DNA of 64,000 nucleotides from Balanoglossus misakiensis (taxonomy: Eukaryota; Animalia; Hemichordata). Location: assembly GCA_040954595.2 (NCBI GenBank), contig CM082589.2, forward strand, positions 5,160,213 through 5,224,212, read 5' to 3'. Below the pieces are notes generated by a model. It worked only from the letters and a program-made list of their open reading frames with translations, ran no database searches and was not told the DNA's origin. Below, one piece after another: positions 1 to 13,529 of the stretch (within the stretch, counting starts at the first letter, position 1; every line of letters begins with the position of its first letter). Position numbers and translations under genes: made by a program.

Positions 1-1556
1 GTGTGTGTGTGTGGGTGTGTGTGGGTGTGTGTGGGTGTGTGGGTGTGTGTGGGTGTGTGTGTGTGGGTGTGGGTGTGGGTGTGTGTGTGTGGGTGTGTGT
101 GGGTGTGTGTGGGTGTGTGGGTGTGTGTGGGTGTGTGTGTGTGTGTGTGTGTGGGTGTGTGTGGGTGTGTGGGGTGTGTGTGGGTGTGTGTGGGTGTGTG
201 TGGGTATGTGGGTGTGTGTGGGTGTGTGTGGGTGTGTGGGTGTGTGTGGGTGTGTGTGGGTGTGTGGGTGTGTGTGGGTGTGTGTGTGGGTGTGTGTGGG
301 TGTGTGGGTGTGTGTGGGTGTGTGGGTGTGTGTGGGTGTGTGGGTGTGTGTGTGTGTGGGTGTGTGTGTGGGTGTGTGGGTTTGTGGGTGTGTGTGGGTG
401 TGTGGGTGTGTGTGGGTGTGTGTGTGGGTGTGTGTGTGGGTGTGTGTGGGTGTGTGTGGGTGTGTGTGGGTGTGTGTGTGTGTGTGGGTGTGTGTGGGTG
501 TGTGGGTGTGTGTGGGTGTGTGTGGGTGTGTGTGTGTGGGTGTGTGTGTGTGGGGGGGGGGGTGTGTGTGGGTGTGTGGGTGTGTGGGTGTGTGTGGGTG
601 TGTAGGTGTGTGGGTGTGTGTGGGTGTGTGTGTGTGTGTGGGTGTGTGTGGGTGTGTGTGTGTGTGGGGGTGTGTGTGTGGGTGTGTGGGTGTGTGTGGG
701 TGTGTTGGTGTGTGTGGGTGTGTGGGTGTGTGTGGGTGTGTGTGTGGGTGTGTGTGTGTGTGTGTGTGGGTGTGTGGGTGTGTCAGGGTGTGTGTGTGTG
801 TGGGTGTGTGTGGGTGTGTGTGTGTGTGTGTGTGTGTGGGTGTGTGTGGGTGTGTGTGGGTGTGTGGGTGTGTGTGTGTGTGTGGGTGTGTGTGGGTGGG
901 TGTGGGTGTGTGTGGGTGTGTGTGGGTGGGTGTGTGGGTGTGTGTGGGTGTGTGTGGGTGTGTGTGTGTGTGGGTGTGTGGGTGTGGGTGGGTGTGTGTG
1001 GGTGTGTGTGTGTGTGTGGGTGTGTGGGTGTGTGGGTGTGTGTGGGTGTGTGGGTGTGTGTGTGTGTGGTTGTGTGTGGGTGTGTGTGGGCGTGTGTGTG
1101 TGTGGGGGGGGTGTGTGTGGGTGTGTGTGTGTGTGGGTGTGTGTGTGTGTGTGGGTATGTGTGTGTGTGTGGGTGTGTGGGGGTGTGTGTGGGTGTGTGT
1201 GTGTGGGTGTGTGTGGGTGTGTGTGGGTGTGTGTGGGTGTGTGTGTGTGGGTGTGTGTGTGTGTGGGTGTGTGTGGGTGTGTGTGTGTGTGTGTGTGGGT
1301 GTGTGTGTGTGGGTGTGTGTGTGGGTGTGTGTGGGTGTGTGGGTGTGTGTGGGTGTGTGTGGGTGTGTGGGTGTGTGTGGGTGTGTGGGTGTGTGTGGGT
1401 GTGTGGGTGTGTGTGTGGGTGTGTGTGGGTGTGTGTGGGTGTGTGTGTGTGTGTGTGGGTGGGTGTGTGGGTGTGTGTGGGTGTGTGTGTGGGTGTGTGG
1501 GTGTGTGTGGGTGTGTGTGGGTGTGTGTGGGTGTGTGGGTGTGTGTGGGTGTGTGT

Positions 1557-1595
<39 letters not shown>

Positions 1596-1696
1596 TGTGT
1601 GTGGGTGTGTGTGTGGGTGGGTGGGTGTGGGTGTGGGTGTGGGTGTGGGTGTGGGTGTGGGTGTGGGTGTGTGTGTGTGTGGGTGTGTGTGTGTGT
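1..1696. repeat. Compound (GT)n/(GGGT) microsatellite, probably within a TRPA1 intron; truncated by the window start
   Basis: Almost pure G/T sequence made of GT runs punctuated by GGG; the long Cys/Val/Gly and His/Thr/Pro ORFs here are artefacts of the repeat. Confidence 0.97.
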
Positions 1697-2374
1697 ACCT
1701 AAAAGGCAAATGAGAATAGGGTGACTGTTTATGTCTTCAGTTCGCTCATATAATCCAGGCTTTAAATTACCAGTGATTACTGGATGTGTTTTCAAGTTGA
1801 CAAGACCTCGAGACTAACTTTCGGTCGAGAAGGGGATTTGAAGTGTTGTCTCTGTGTACAACTAAAACATTTAGCATCTGTTGACGTGTCCACTAAATGA
1901 CGTTTTGTAAAACTTTTGCCATCTATTTTGATATTAGGCAGTCCTTGATCGCTGCCAGACAACAGCTGATTGTGACACAAAGAGCAAAAACTACTGGGTA
2001 AGCCATCAGTTATTTTTATTTCAGTTCGAAGCTCTATAATAACGTGATCGATATTTTGTGAAAATTGAACAATGGAAATGTTAATAAGAATGCAAATATG
2101 TAAATTGGGTAGTGGACTGCAGAAAACTGTCATTAACATTTCCCTTGTTCAATTTTCACACCCAACCCTTCTTTTGTTTCCTGATGCACCTGGTCCTGCA
2201 CATATTTCCTACTTTGAATACCCCATGATTCTCTGTTTATCTGTTCATTCCACGTGTGCATCTGATGAAGGGGACTACATGTTCCCGAAAGCTCATGCTG
2301 TAGTTTCAAAACTTAATAATAATTGTATCCCATCAAGTAATTTGCAATAATTTAGGTGTTTCTTTCCCATTTAG

Positions 2375-5300
2375 ATTAACTATGACTTCAGCTATCTGCA
2401 AGCTCCCATCGGAACAGTTAACCCAGCTGACGGCTCCATCGTAGAACCCCTCCTAGCCCTGAATGTAAGTGTCCATTTTGCTTCTTCCGGTCGATACTTT
2501 CGATAGAATCAAAACAAGAGTTTGGTGTCCGCTGATCCTCGTGACGTTTCGAGATTTCTAAGAGTTTGGCTGCCCCTTCTCTCATTTAGATTTGGTATGC
2601 GGGCGTACTCACTCAGTTTCTGTACTGTCCACATTTATCCGCGACTCATTTAGCCTGTAACCGAAAGCTGGGTTGCACATCTCACTTCAGTCTGTGGGAT
2701 ATTTTTTCACGCCCATCCTATAACAGCGATGGACGACGACACAGAAAAGTCCTTCCGGTGATGATACGAATGAGTATAGCCAGAACGCACCGGCGTTCGA
2801 TTTACTGACTTTCACGTTTCCATTCTTTTCTTTCAGGCTATGGTTAGATTCAACAGAGTCGACATATTGTCGCATTCGGTGTGCTTGAACTATCTGGCGA
2901 TGAAATGGTAGGAAATTTAACAACTGTGTTTTTATTAACTTGGAAATATTTTAATGTCATACAACGGTGGCCATCTCAGTGTTTCATTGGGATGATTTGC
3001 CCATAGCACCCTACACATCATCTGATTTTTGTATCTAATAGCCTGACGTGTTCCACGCTTTCAATTCACAGGAGTGCCTATGGTCGACCTTTCCACTTGC
3101 TCAACATCGCTGTGTATCTGGTATACCTGGCCTTCCTCACCTACTTCATTGCATGCACTGATCCCAAACTGATAGGGTCCGCACTGAATGGAACCATAGA
3201 CTATTCTCAAGATATCCATACATCGCCATCTACGGTGAGTGTATTACTAACGCCTCTATCTCCTCCGTCTCCTTCATCACTATACCATATTTAACTTCTT
3301 GTGTTATGAACAAACATGTTTAGTAACATGAGTGTTTAGTTTCATGATACTATATACCCAGATTACTGTGGAAAAATACCTTAAAAATAAAGCATTCTGT
3401 TGAATCGGTCTGAATTCATTTGATTTCATTCTTCCAGTTTACTACAGCGCAAATCATCTGTTTGTGGGTAATTTCTATCCTCACCGGTTTCAACGTTTTC
3501 AAAGAACTCGTGCAGATGATACAACAGGTGAGACAGCTATTCCATGTGTCTTTCAAAGCGATTCCACTCAGACAATGAAGTTATAAGAAACTAACTCCAC
3601 AAAATAGTTTTAAGCTTGCAAAGTGGCTGCACAGACTTGTCATAGCTGTAATCTGCCGTCGGTCGAAGGCGGTTGCATCGTCAGAACTGCGCTCAAACAT
3701 GGCGGTGACCTCGCCAACCTTTGACCTGACCTTAATGATTTGCATGCTGCATCTATACTGTTTACCAAGCATCTCTCATACGCTCATGTGCCTTCTAAAT
3801 GACTAAATCCATATGTACATAACGTCCACGTTTCCATTTATCCTACAGAAATTAAAGTACTTCTTAGACTTCACGAACTTGGTGGAATGGACAATCTATG
3901 GGTCAACTTTGGCGTTCATCTTACCATACCTGCTGGGGACGTCCTACCATTTTCAGTGGGAGTTTGGCGCCATTGCCGTATTCCTAGCCTGGTTCAATTT
4001 TCTGGTGTATTTGCAGAGGTAGGTCGATATAGATTTTGGATGTGTGTGTGTATGTGTGTGTTAGCGTCTGTCTTTCTGTTTGTCTGTCTGTCTGTCTAGC
4101 GGTCATGTCTACATGCATATAGCAGATTGTCCGTGCATGATTAAAGAATGGTCACGTGTTCTGAAATTTCAACCACCGACCAATTTCTGATTTTAATAAA
4201 ATCAACACAAGTACGTTGAAATATGGCTGAGTCAAATGGAGTAGGATCAGCTCACTCTTTTAAACACCTGACGACAGGCATGGTTGTTAACGAGTACCAT
4301 GCATGAATGTGATCACGATAATGTTTGTCATTCTCCTCCTATTCATCTTATTGCGTTTTCCACAACCGTTTTCATAGGTTTGACCTTTTCGGTATCTACG
4401 TCGTGATGTTTCTGGAAATCCTGAAAACACTGGTGCGAGTGTTGTTGGTCTTCTCTATACTCTTCATTGGCTTCGGGATGGCATTCTACATATTGATGTC
4501 ACAAGAGGTCAGTGCGTCTGCGTATTAAAAGCTTGAGTGAATTCATAAGAATATCACATAATGTCTGGCAAGTGAGATCATACATATATGCTGTTCCCAT
4601 GATCACACGACAAGCAATTTAAAAACGATTGAAATTAAGCTTAATAATTAAGGTAAACCTATAAGTAGGAAATTACTCGAAAACAAACTAAAAACATGCG
4701 CGATAGTGAATATCAGGGATGGTCCCGAGGTGTACAAATACTAAAGAACAATTTTGGATGTTATTTTGAAACGCACGTAGTCATTGCGTATACAATTACG
4801 TTAAAGTTTATGCACTTTAGCTAGTTCTTCAAGCATTCAGACTGTTACAATGACTGAAGATAATTTTTAAAATGATTTATGAGTTTTAATGGCCTTCCTT
4901 TAGTCAACACGTTTTAATATCACTTATCGCAAACGAAGAAATGATGTACGGTCTTAAATTACTAAGTTTTTTCCTGCTGTCTGTGAAGGCCCACTGGTTC
5001 TGTTGTTTGTTGAAATGACAACCATGTTTTAATGTGTAACTGCCGTTTAGGAGAACGAAGCCAACAGTACACCGGGGCTGTCCATCTATCGCATGGTTAT
5101 CATGATGCTCGGGGAGATTGACTACATGGCGTCGTACATCGAGCCAGCCACCGACGATCGCCCGGAGACAATGCACTACAGGACAGTCACCTTTGTCATG
5201 CTTTTCGTCTTCATACTTCTGATGCCAATTCTGCTGATTAATTTGCTGGTACGTTACCACGACAACGTGATCAAGTGTTGTTTTTCTTTTTCATGAATAG

Positions 5301-6773
5301 CAGATGCCTCAGGCAGATTCATCGGCCTGTTACTTGCGGCCTTATACAGGCGCGTGTTTGCATTCATACTTCCTGGAGATAAATGAATTGGGTTCACATA
5401 TATTTCAGGTTTATACGAGTAGAAGCCATTGTTCTTTGCCGAGTGTCGATATAGTGAAGTTGATTCAATTTGACTAAGTACGTGTTTTTCAATACACTGG
5501 AGTCGACGCACGTGTTCACGTCAGTAAAGTACGACAAACTTTAGAATAAAAAACCCTTATGCAAAGGGCGAATCAATTATGTATAATAGCCACTATGTAT
5601 AAACTTTCGCACATTGCGAAAACATCTGGAACTGTGTGAAAATATCCATTCTTATATCCGCAGATCGGTTTGGCCGTAGGGGACATAGCGGGCGTTCAGA
5701 GAAACGCACAACTGAAGCGACTGGCAATGCAAGTTGAACTTCACACTGAACTGGAACAGAAGTTACCCACCCGACTGCTGAAGATGGTCGATAAAGACCA
5801 TTTGAAAGTGTCACCAAACTGCACCCAAAACATCATTTGCAAGGTGCGTCATCATAGCTCTTCAATTATTACTTTCACCTAATTATTGACGCTGTGCCGG
5901 ACAAATGATGGCTTTTAATATCCCTAATTTTTTTGCGTATTGTCACTGGTTTGTCTGTCAGGTGTGGGAAGGCCTCAGTGAATCCGATAATGATTTCGGC
6001 GATGGCAGTGCCTTGGACCCAGTGTACGGCCATCTACAACTGGAACTGTCCAAGCAGAAACGAAGGTAAGATCACACTCATCGTGTCGTTCATCCACGCG
6101 ACAGACTGGCTTCAAAATACAAGCATTTTGAAGGCAAACAAGTCGAAAATGTTGGTCATGTTATTAAGAGGAAACCTAATGCATCAAACGGTACTTTGGT
6201 GTTAAACATTTGGAAAATTTCGGGTATTTTTCTAGGCTGAGAAATATACAGCTTCGTAACGTACAGCCAATTTCATCGCTCTAATTTACATATTCATTGA
6301 TATTTGATTTGAATGATCTGCATACAAGTATTAGTGCTGGGAATGATTTCCTTGTTGGGGATATAGCGAAAAGCAAAATATAACTTTTTAACATTAGGTT
6401 TTTGACACTGGGATTTTATAAGCTTCAGAGTAATGTCAATTATGGGCAAGCGAGCCCTAGTGTGAGATATTGGCCTATGTGCAATATTCGTTTTTAATCT
6501 TGCAGAATGAAAGACATGTCCTCTCAGCTGGACAAACAATACGAACTGCTTCGACTTATCGTTCAAAAGATGGAGATCCGAAGCGAAGACGACGAACAAG
6601 ACGAGGGTGAAGTCTGTGGGGAAATGCCGCACTACAAGATGACAGGTTTGTCTGGCGTGGTGGCGCAAACAATGCAAGCCAAAACTGCCAAGGAAAAATT
6701 CAGCAAAGTTGCACGATTCGCAAAACGGATCACTTCAGGCTCAAAAACACCAGAAGCTGGTGGAAAATCTTAA
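2375..6773 (+). CDS. TRPA1: TRPA1 ion channel, 3' part (pre-S1 linker, S1-S6, TRP-like helix, C-terminal coiled coil); 5' ankyrin exons lie outside the window
   Basis: GT-AG exons 2375-2464, 2837-2907, 3072-3234, 3438-3527, 3849-4018, 4378-4507, 5051-5248, 5664-5843, 5962-6065, 6506-6773 join in frame. They give TRPA1 hallmarks: YDFSYLQ..EPLLALNAMV..HSVCLNYLAMKW, YLQRFDLFGIYVVMFLEIL, MMLGEIDY, MPILLINLLIGLAVGDIAGVQRNAQLKRLAMQVELHT and QYELLRLIVQKMEI. Confidence 0.95.
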
Positions 6774-8958
6774 AATAAGATCGAAATGATTGTACACAGC
6801 GTTACTTCACAATTACAACACTATATAAATGGGGCGATAAACCAATGTCATATGTTCAGTCATGTATACATCAATACAGAGCAGAAAAGATAATTATTGA
6901 TATTAGATCATGTATGCAATATTGCAAAACTAACCATATGTTGTTAGCATAATCTTTGTGTTACGCCAGTGACCTTTGAGTGTCGTTTGCAAGTTGCGTG
7001 TTGTCGTTTGGCGCCCTCGGCAAGATTTGCTCACCTTGCAATACTTTTGTTTCATGTTGAAAAAAACAGTTCCGATTTGGCACAGAAGTACATATGGATG
7101 CCCGAAGTCCGATTTTCTCCGCAGAGGCAAATATCTTACTTTTGCTGTTTGAGATTAGTTAAGGGATTTCGATGAAAAGTGATCTTGCCAAATCCCCTGA
7201 GTGTTCAAAGCGCGCTGATATTTGAGCCGAGGTGTGGGCTTTGTCAGAATAAGCTCGATTTGTGAAGAAGGGTCTGTGGTCTGGAAATATCTAGCAATAG
7301 GCGGGAAATCATCTACTTATATGTCTACATGTTTGCTTCAATAATATACGTTAGTCAACAGGTGTATATATTTCCATGATGTTTTAAGTGTTAAAGCAGT
7401 AACATAAAGTTTGACTATAACCATACAGTATATATTTAGTCTAATAACCATTTCGATCATAAACAATGATTACATTGCCGTGAGACCTTTGCATTCTTCA
7501 ACACCAGACAAGACTGGCATTTGTTTTTGTTTTCACGCCTGCAATGATGATATTGAATTTTTAATCTAGAGGTTTTACTGACAGAGCAGACTTGATTTTA
7601 TTTGTATAACCATGTTTTATACCAGTAATTAAAGTACATATACTTTGTATTGCAAAATATATATCATAGATAGATACGTGTACCCGTAGAATAAGTGATA
7701 AACTGAAGAGCGTCTACCATTTTCATCAATAGTGTAAACATTCTAGATTAATGGAAGTACATTTTTGGTTGGGTGATTGCGTGGAGTTAAAATGGATAAA
7801 AAATCCAGCAGAGTACATGTACTAAACATTAATACATATTTTGTGTTTCATATTGGATTGTCGTCTTGCTTTATTCACACAATCACGGAAGCAAAAGTCA
7901 GAATATGTTTTCGAAGCCAATGTAGCGCGTTTAGACATTTCAATTTTACTTGTATGCATTTATCCCCCAAAATATGTAGTTTCAAACGAGTATAAACAGC
8001 GCACCAAAAGGACTGAACATTAAAACTGTTCCCTTTGCAATAGGTGTTTGCTTATCGTGTGAGTGGATTTTGTTGGCAGTGCTGCGGCCTGCGGGTTTCA
8101 TAAGAACGTAAATAATTCATCAACTGTTGCACATGTAATTTCTCACGCAGCGATGTCTTCAGCAGACACTTTCTATACTCCAATGGTGGATCAGAGGAGG
8201 GATGGGAGAAGATGTTCAATGAATATCTAACTCAGCCTCGAATCTTCTTTTTGTTAATGACGTATTGGGCCGCAGTACTGTCAGTCGCCCGCAAATTGAC
8301 CCGGAACTACTTTCGGTTTGACGACAGACCGTAAGGAAAACACACAACCACGCCACGCTTTTTCGCATTAAACGCATTTTTTATTTCTCATTGCATCAAA
8401 ATTACCAACAATAAAACACAGAGAATAGCTAAAGATAAAACACGTAAAGAAGATTGAAGATGTTACGAACTGACAAACGTTTGACCATACCGGAACAAGC
8501 GACAGTGCAGTGTACACACAACAACATGGCGGCCGCATTCAAAACAATGTCACTTGTGACGTTGATAAAGAAACTACAGCGAAAGGTAAATTGGCAAACT
8601 CTGAAAGTCACTGCAATGTACTAAGTCCGACATCAGTTATCATCATCGTCGTCGTCGCTGAAATCAGAGGTGATGACGCGAATCCGGCGATACAAGGCTT
8701 CGGTTTTACTGTCGTCCGTGCATCTGGTCGACGGGCTCGATGTGATTTTGAACCGGCAGTTTACAATGTTTCAAGTACATGTATATACATCCGCTGTCTC
8801 TTTCGCCATAACCTTGCAAACCTACTATTTTTTAAAACAAAAACCTATCATTAACTATTTTTTTCAAACATAAAGTACTTCGATAAAAAGTGCATTGAAA
8901 AGGCATACAATAAGATTATTATGAACCAAACATGACAATTTATATTTCTTTCATTATT

Positions 8959-10050
8959 TCATACACAACTTGCAGATTGAGTCTGCAAGTTATTGCGGAC
9001 AACCGGCAAATTGTTTTGAGCTACTATAGGTGTAACTGTATTTGAAGAACTGCCCTGGGACGTTATCATATTCTTCAGCGTGATTCTGATTCTTTTTGAT
9101 TGAAAGCTAAACATTAATGGATTTAATGCACTATCTGCCAAAACGACTGTGAACGCTATATTAACGGTGAAGGGGTCTCTTGCAGAAGATCTGCCGGTCG
9201 CCAGGTAAACTACGTATGCCGCAGTAACAGGAAAGTATAGAATAAAAAAGGACACCACTAGGGCAACACAAATACGCGTGGTCGCCAAACTTTGGCCTTG
9301 GGTACTGTCGTGATTCTGCGATTGGTTACTATGTGAGTGGACTGCTGCGTTCGATCGCCTGGCCTCCTTGTAAATCAGTCCGTAGCAGACGCTCGTTATC
9401 AGAAATCCCACAAAGCACAGAATGGGAACGAAGCCGGGCAGGGGTTGTTCAACCGCATCTTTCTCGGCGAAGAAAAGCATACAAACCCTGTCGGGTCCAG
9501 TAGTAACAGCGTACGCACCATTTCCCAAACCACACAATGCACACACGAGGACGACAACGATTACCTTGTCCATGGATTTGCTCCCTGGTCTGTGGCCTTT
9601 CACGATGATCAGGCGCATGATACTAATCATGGTCAAGTTCAACAGTGATGCCACAAAGAAAGCACGGATGAAGAACATTTCTATGTAGCAAAGGATGCGA
9701 ATATGCTGGGAGCATACATCATAAGTACCATTCAGTACTCTCACTATGTTGTACAGTCGTATGGGTGCTGCCACAACGCAGACTGCCAAATCTATCACAG
9801 CCTGACTTGCCAGTTGTATGTTCGGAGGGATCCGCATCTTCTTAACACCAAACAGCACAAGCACTACAACTCCGTTACCGATACTTCCCACGATAATGAT
9901 TATAGTAAGTAAGATAGCGCTGGCGACCAAGCAACCCGTAGCTGTCAGGCTACTGGCCACAAGGACGACGATTTCCCGCCCTTTATCAACAAAACCTGAA
10001 TCCGACAAAGACTCAATGCCCTCGCAAACTCTTGGAGTTGTCGAATTCAT
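8959..10050 (-). CDS. Intronless rhodopsin-like (class A) GPCR, divergent orphan, 363 aa
   Basis: Single ORF with seven hydrophobic segments: TM1 GN (GSIGNGVV), TM2 LAxxxxxD-like (LASQAVIDL), Cys at the top of TM3, ISIMRL at the DRY position, TM6 FxxxYFP, TM7 NPLMF, and an N-terminal NST sequon. Confidence 0.9.
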   Translation of the reverse strand: MNSTTPRVCEGIESLSDSGFVDKGREIVVLVASSLTATGCLVASAILLTIIIIVGSIGNGVVVLVLFGVKKMRIPPNIQLASQAVIDLAVCVVAAPIRLYNIVRVLNGTYDVCSQHIRILCYIEMFFIRAFFVASLLNLTMISIMRLIIVKGHRPGSKSMDKVIVVVLVCALCGLGNGAYAVTTGPDRVCMLFFAEKDAVEQPLPGFVPILCFVGFLITSVCYGLIYKEARRSNAAVHSHSNQSQNHDSTQGQSLATTRICVALVVSFFILYFPVTAAYVVYLATGRSSARDPFTVNIAFTVVLADSALNPLMFSFQSKRIRITLKNMITSQGSSSNTVTPIVAQNNLPVVRNNLQTQSASCV

Positions 10051-13000
10051 ATCGGCGACTGGATGAAGTCCGATGAAGCAAGGTGTTTAAGTCAGAAAAG
10101 TGAGGGTCTTTCGAAGTGGTCACGCATGCGTGTAAGTTTGCCTCCCCCCCCCCTACTCTTTCCAGTTGGAAATGTTACGTGTTATTCGAGATGTATCATC
10201 TCAGGGATATAGTCTGTGAAATTAAGCTAAATGTCAAAATAGGCTGGAAGCACCCATTAGAAATGCATCATTTTGCAAACATAATCATGATAATGCTCGT
10301 GCAAATGGAGATACTGTTAAGAAAGTGATGACATTTACTAAATAAACTGGTAAAGGACATGATTTAGTCTCAATGAGTTCGTTGCCATCAATTCTCACCA
10401 CTTTCTCCAACAGAAACACTTCATTTCTGTGGTTTGGATTAATATCGAATGTCAGTGTGCGGCGCTAGAACCTGAATATCATCCCATCTGAACTGAATGA
10501 TAGAGATTCTACCGTTGGTTCTTCCTTACGTTGGATCTTATGATACAAGGACAATTGTTTGAACAGACTTTGGCTATAAAAGATATACATATTTTGCATG
10601 AATAGACCTTGGCTATTAAAGATACAAACATTTCAATCTACACACAGCCGCATTATATTCCTTAGGTCTGTCGCTGGTGGCGCTCTCACACAGCGGTGAC
10701 GGATGCCGAGAAAACACAAGTGGCGATTTTCCGTGTGGGAACTACAAATAATAATAACCTTGCTCCGGATTTCGCTCATCTGTGAACTTTGAACGTTTCT
10801 CAGTAAAATGAAGAGTCTATATTTTTTTCTGAGACCAGATTACCTGATTTGGAAGTGCGTTGTTGGAATAAAAATATTTGTAAATTTATAGCAATATTTG
10901 AACGAACAAAACTCAAAATAAATGAGTGGGTGTTTAACCCTGAACCGCTTCCTAAGCGATTACCATTGTTAACGATTTACATACCGAGAAGAGACGTGGC
11001 TGTAAGCACTTAACAATGCTTACAAGGGATTTAAAACAGGCTCTTAAAATAATATCCTGAAATGCATACTCGTGGTAAATCGCTTCCAGGGAAATAGATC
11101 TGAGGAGACCATTAAGTGGACTCTACAGCTGATTAAGACATGTCCATTTTCTTGCTCTGCTAATGATTAGATGCTTCAAAGGCGGGTACAAAGTCTTGAC
11201 CGACGATTCAATATCATGGCGTTAACCGTTAACTGTCGCTGGATGTACTCTTGGGGTCAACTGCATGTATACCCAGTGAAGGTCACGGTATCAAATGGCT
11301 CAGCACACACATTACATGCACTTAACGCTACTAGAGCGTTTATTTACATGTCGTATGGGGATTTAGTCCCAGTGCTAGTGCAACCAAAACGCAGGAGGCA
11401 TCTAGCGGCAGAAAACGACACCAGTGCACTGGCCGCTAAAACACGCTGCTAACATTCAAATTAAAACGGGCCTGTAGAATTGTTCCGGGCAAAGGTTTCC
11501 TCTGGACATTCGCGTAAGTCGAAATGAACCGTAAGCTGCCCAACGTTTACAAGGTGTGATGATGAGGTCATTATCGTGGCCTTTACACATGTTACAGGCT
11601 GTAGCAAGATTTCTTTTGTTTACGATCAGGTGAACAGGTGTTAATGAATTATTTATTTTGATGGGCATATATAAATACACATGCTGCCACGTGGTCGGGG
11701 TGAGCTAGCTGTTATTTCAGGCTGGATGCTGTACCGTCGACTTCAGAGCTGAGGACCACATTATGCCGTTCCGGTCTGCACGCAGGCTGTACGTTTGACT
11801 TTGAGACAGAACTTTGTGAGTACACTACTTGGACCGAAACCTGTATTGGCTGTACGTCAGAGAACTTGTGACTTCTTACTGCACAATTTTGTGCTCGTGT
11901 GCTTCAACTGGAGTCAACGGAAAATATAGCCGCGTACGGAGTGCTGTGTTTTGCTCCGTTGGATTTACATTCATTGCTTTGTGACTAGTGTAGCCCAATT
12001 TTGCTTGCAGAAGTTAATCTTGTAATTTAGCTACTAGTCCTGCGACTTGAATACAAACACATTAAAATTCCGGTCAAGTGGTTGGAACTAATCGAATTAT
12101 CTTCTGTAAAAGGTGTCTAAATTTGTCCAAGTGATTGTACATGTAATAGCTGACCAAACATGCATGGTGATCATGGTGTAGCGTACCCTGAAACTGTTCG
12201 TTCGGAATGCGTGTTTTATGCAGTATGTCGCTGGAATTCAATTTAATTTTTTTTCTAATTCAGATTTCAATTTTTCTAGTTCTGCAATTTTTTTACTGTT
12301 TTATGCAGTATGTTTAATGACGACATTGGAATGCCAACCGAAAGAAATTCTGATTGGAACTCGTGCTCATATTTGAGAATCTAAACACTAGACAATTCAT
12401 ACAGCTAGGAACCAGAGTTGATCGTGCATCGATACTGCACAATTTAGCCAAGTGAAACTTGACGTTTCTGGGGCAACGTGAGGGCGCTGTAACCTTGAAT
12501 GTCTCTGTTTGTCATCGCCCACAAAACTGCAAAGACGCAGGAAGATTAATTTTTCTCTATAAGTCTTTATTTGTTTGAAATATTCTTCCCTGCAATTAAA
12601 TTCCAACTGAATCATGTACACACAGATCACCAATAATTCAAAACGTCACTCAAGTCATCAGGTCAAACGCATAAATTAAATACGTATATCGTCAAATTAT
12701 TACAATACTAAAATCTGGTCATCTCCCAATATATTAAACTAAGTGAAATTCTGTCACATGTATTCTTGGTAGTGGGTTGGCTGATGTGTTACATGGTAAA
12801 TGTTTGCCCCTCTCCAAGCTGACATAGGTAACTTTCTACTGTAATTACAAAAACGTTCGATTATGATCGTCTTCTTAAATTTTAGGCTTGCACCGACGTT
12901 TAAGAAATCTCACCTCGAGTGATTCACTAAGGGAATATAGTATCCCTTATGATCTTGTCACGCGAAGATGTGAGGAAAAAGATGGGCTGGCAATCAATCG

Positions 13001-13529
13001 AAAGAATTACTGTAACAGTGCCTGACAAAAAAATACTGCCATATCCAAATCCCCCATCTTAGAAATCAAATGGTTCTCCCCTCATTCAGAGCCACAGAGA
13101 TGCGTCTATGGTCAAACCTAAAACTACGTAGTACAAATTACATTTTAAACAAACACTATAATTGGAAATACAATCTTAAATATTATCAGGAAACGCCTTG
13201 AAGACACATTGTGCTGGAAGACATAAATTAGGAGGCTGGAATTTCAGATAACAATTGATAATAGAGTTACATTTCGTGCCCTGAAGGAACCTTCGTGACG
13301 GTGACGGCTGCGATTGACCGGACACGTAAATTTAAGTGGATTGCTCGGTCCCATGAAATGTTCTAAAGGGCCGCAGTCTTTCGGACCTTCTCCGTGTTCA
13401 AGTTAACAGCGTGGTTCAACACAATTTCCACACAACCCAGCTCTAACGGTACACATCCATTCTTTTAAAGCTCGATTTTGGCCTTTCGTATTTCGTAAAA
13501 AAAATGTCTATATGTGTTCCTGGTTTCAT

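Noticed and set aside
1-1724. Long Cys/Val/Gly/Trp ORFs, and the idea that the tract is a yeast-type telomere
   Set aside because: The ORFs are translations of a stop-free microsatellite. The tract lies just upstream of internal exons of an animal gene and is not TTAGGG.
8632-8815. Possible extra 3' coding exon of the GPCR ending ...SDFSDDDDDDN*
   Set aside because: The frame has an internal TGA, splice support is weak, and the GPCR ORF is already complete.
10938-11090. Weak inverted repeat around a tgtaagca/tgcttaca hairpin; similar small hairpins near 22654-22676, 29880-29930 and 30038-30118
   Set aside because: Arms are too short or degenerate to separate from chance or old MITE remnants without a genome-wide search.
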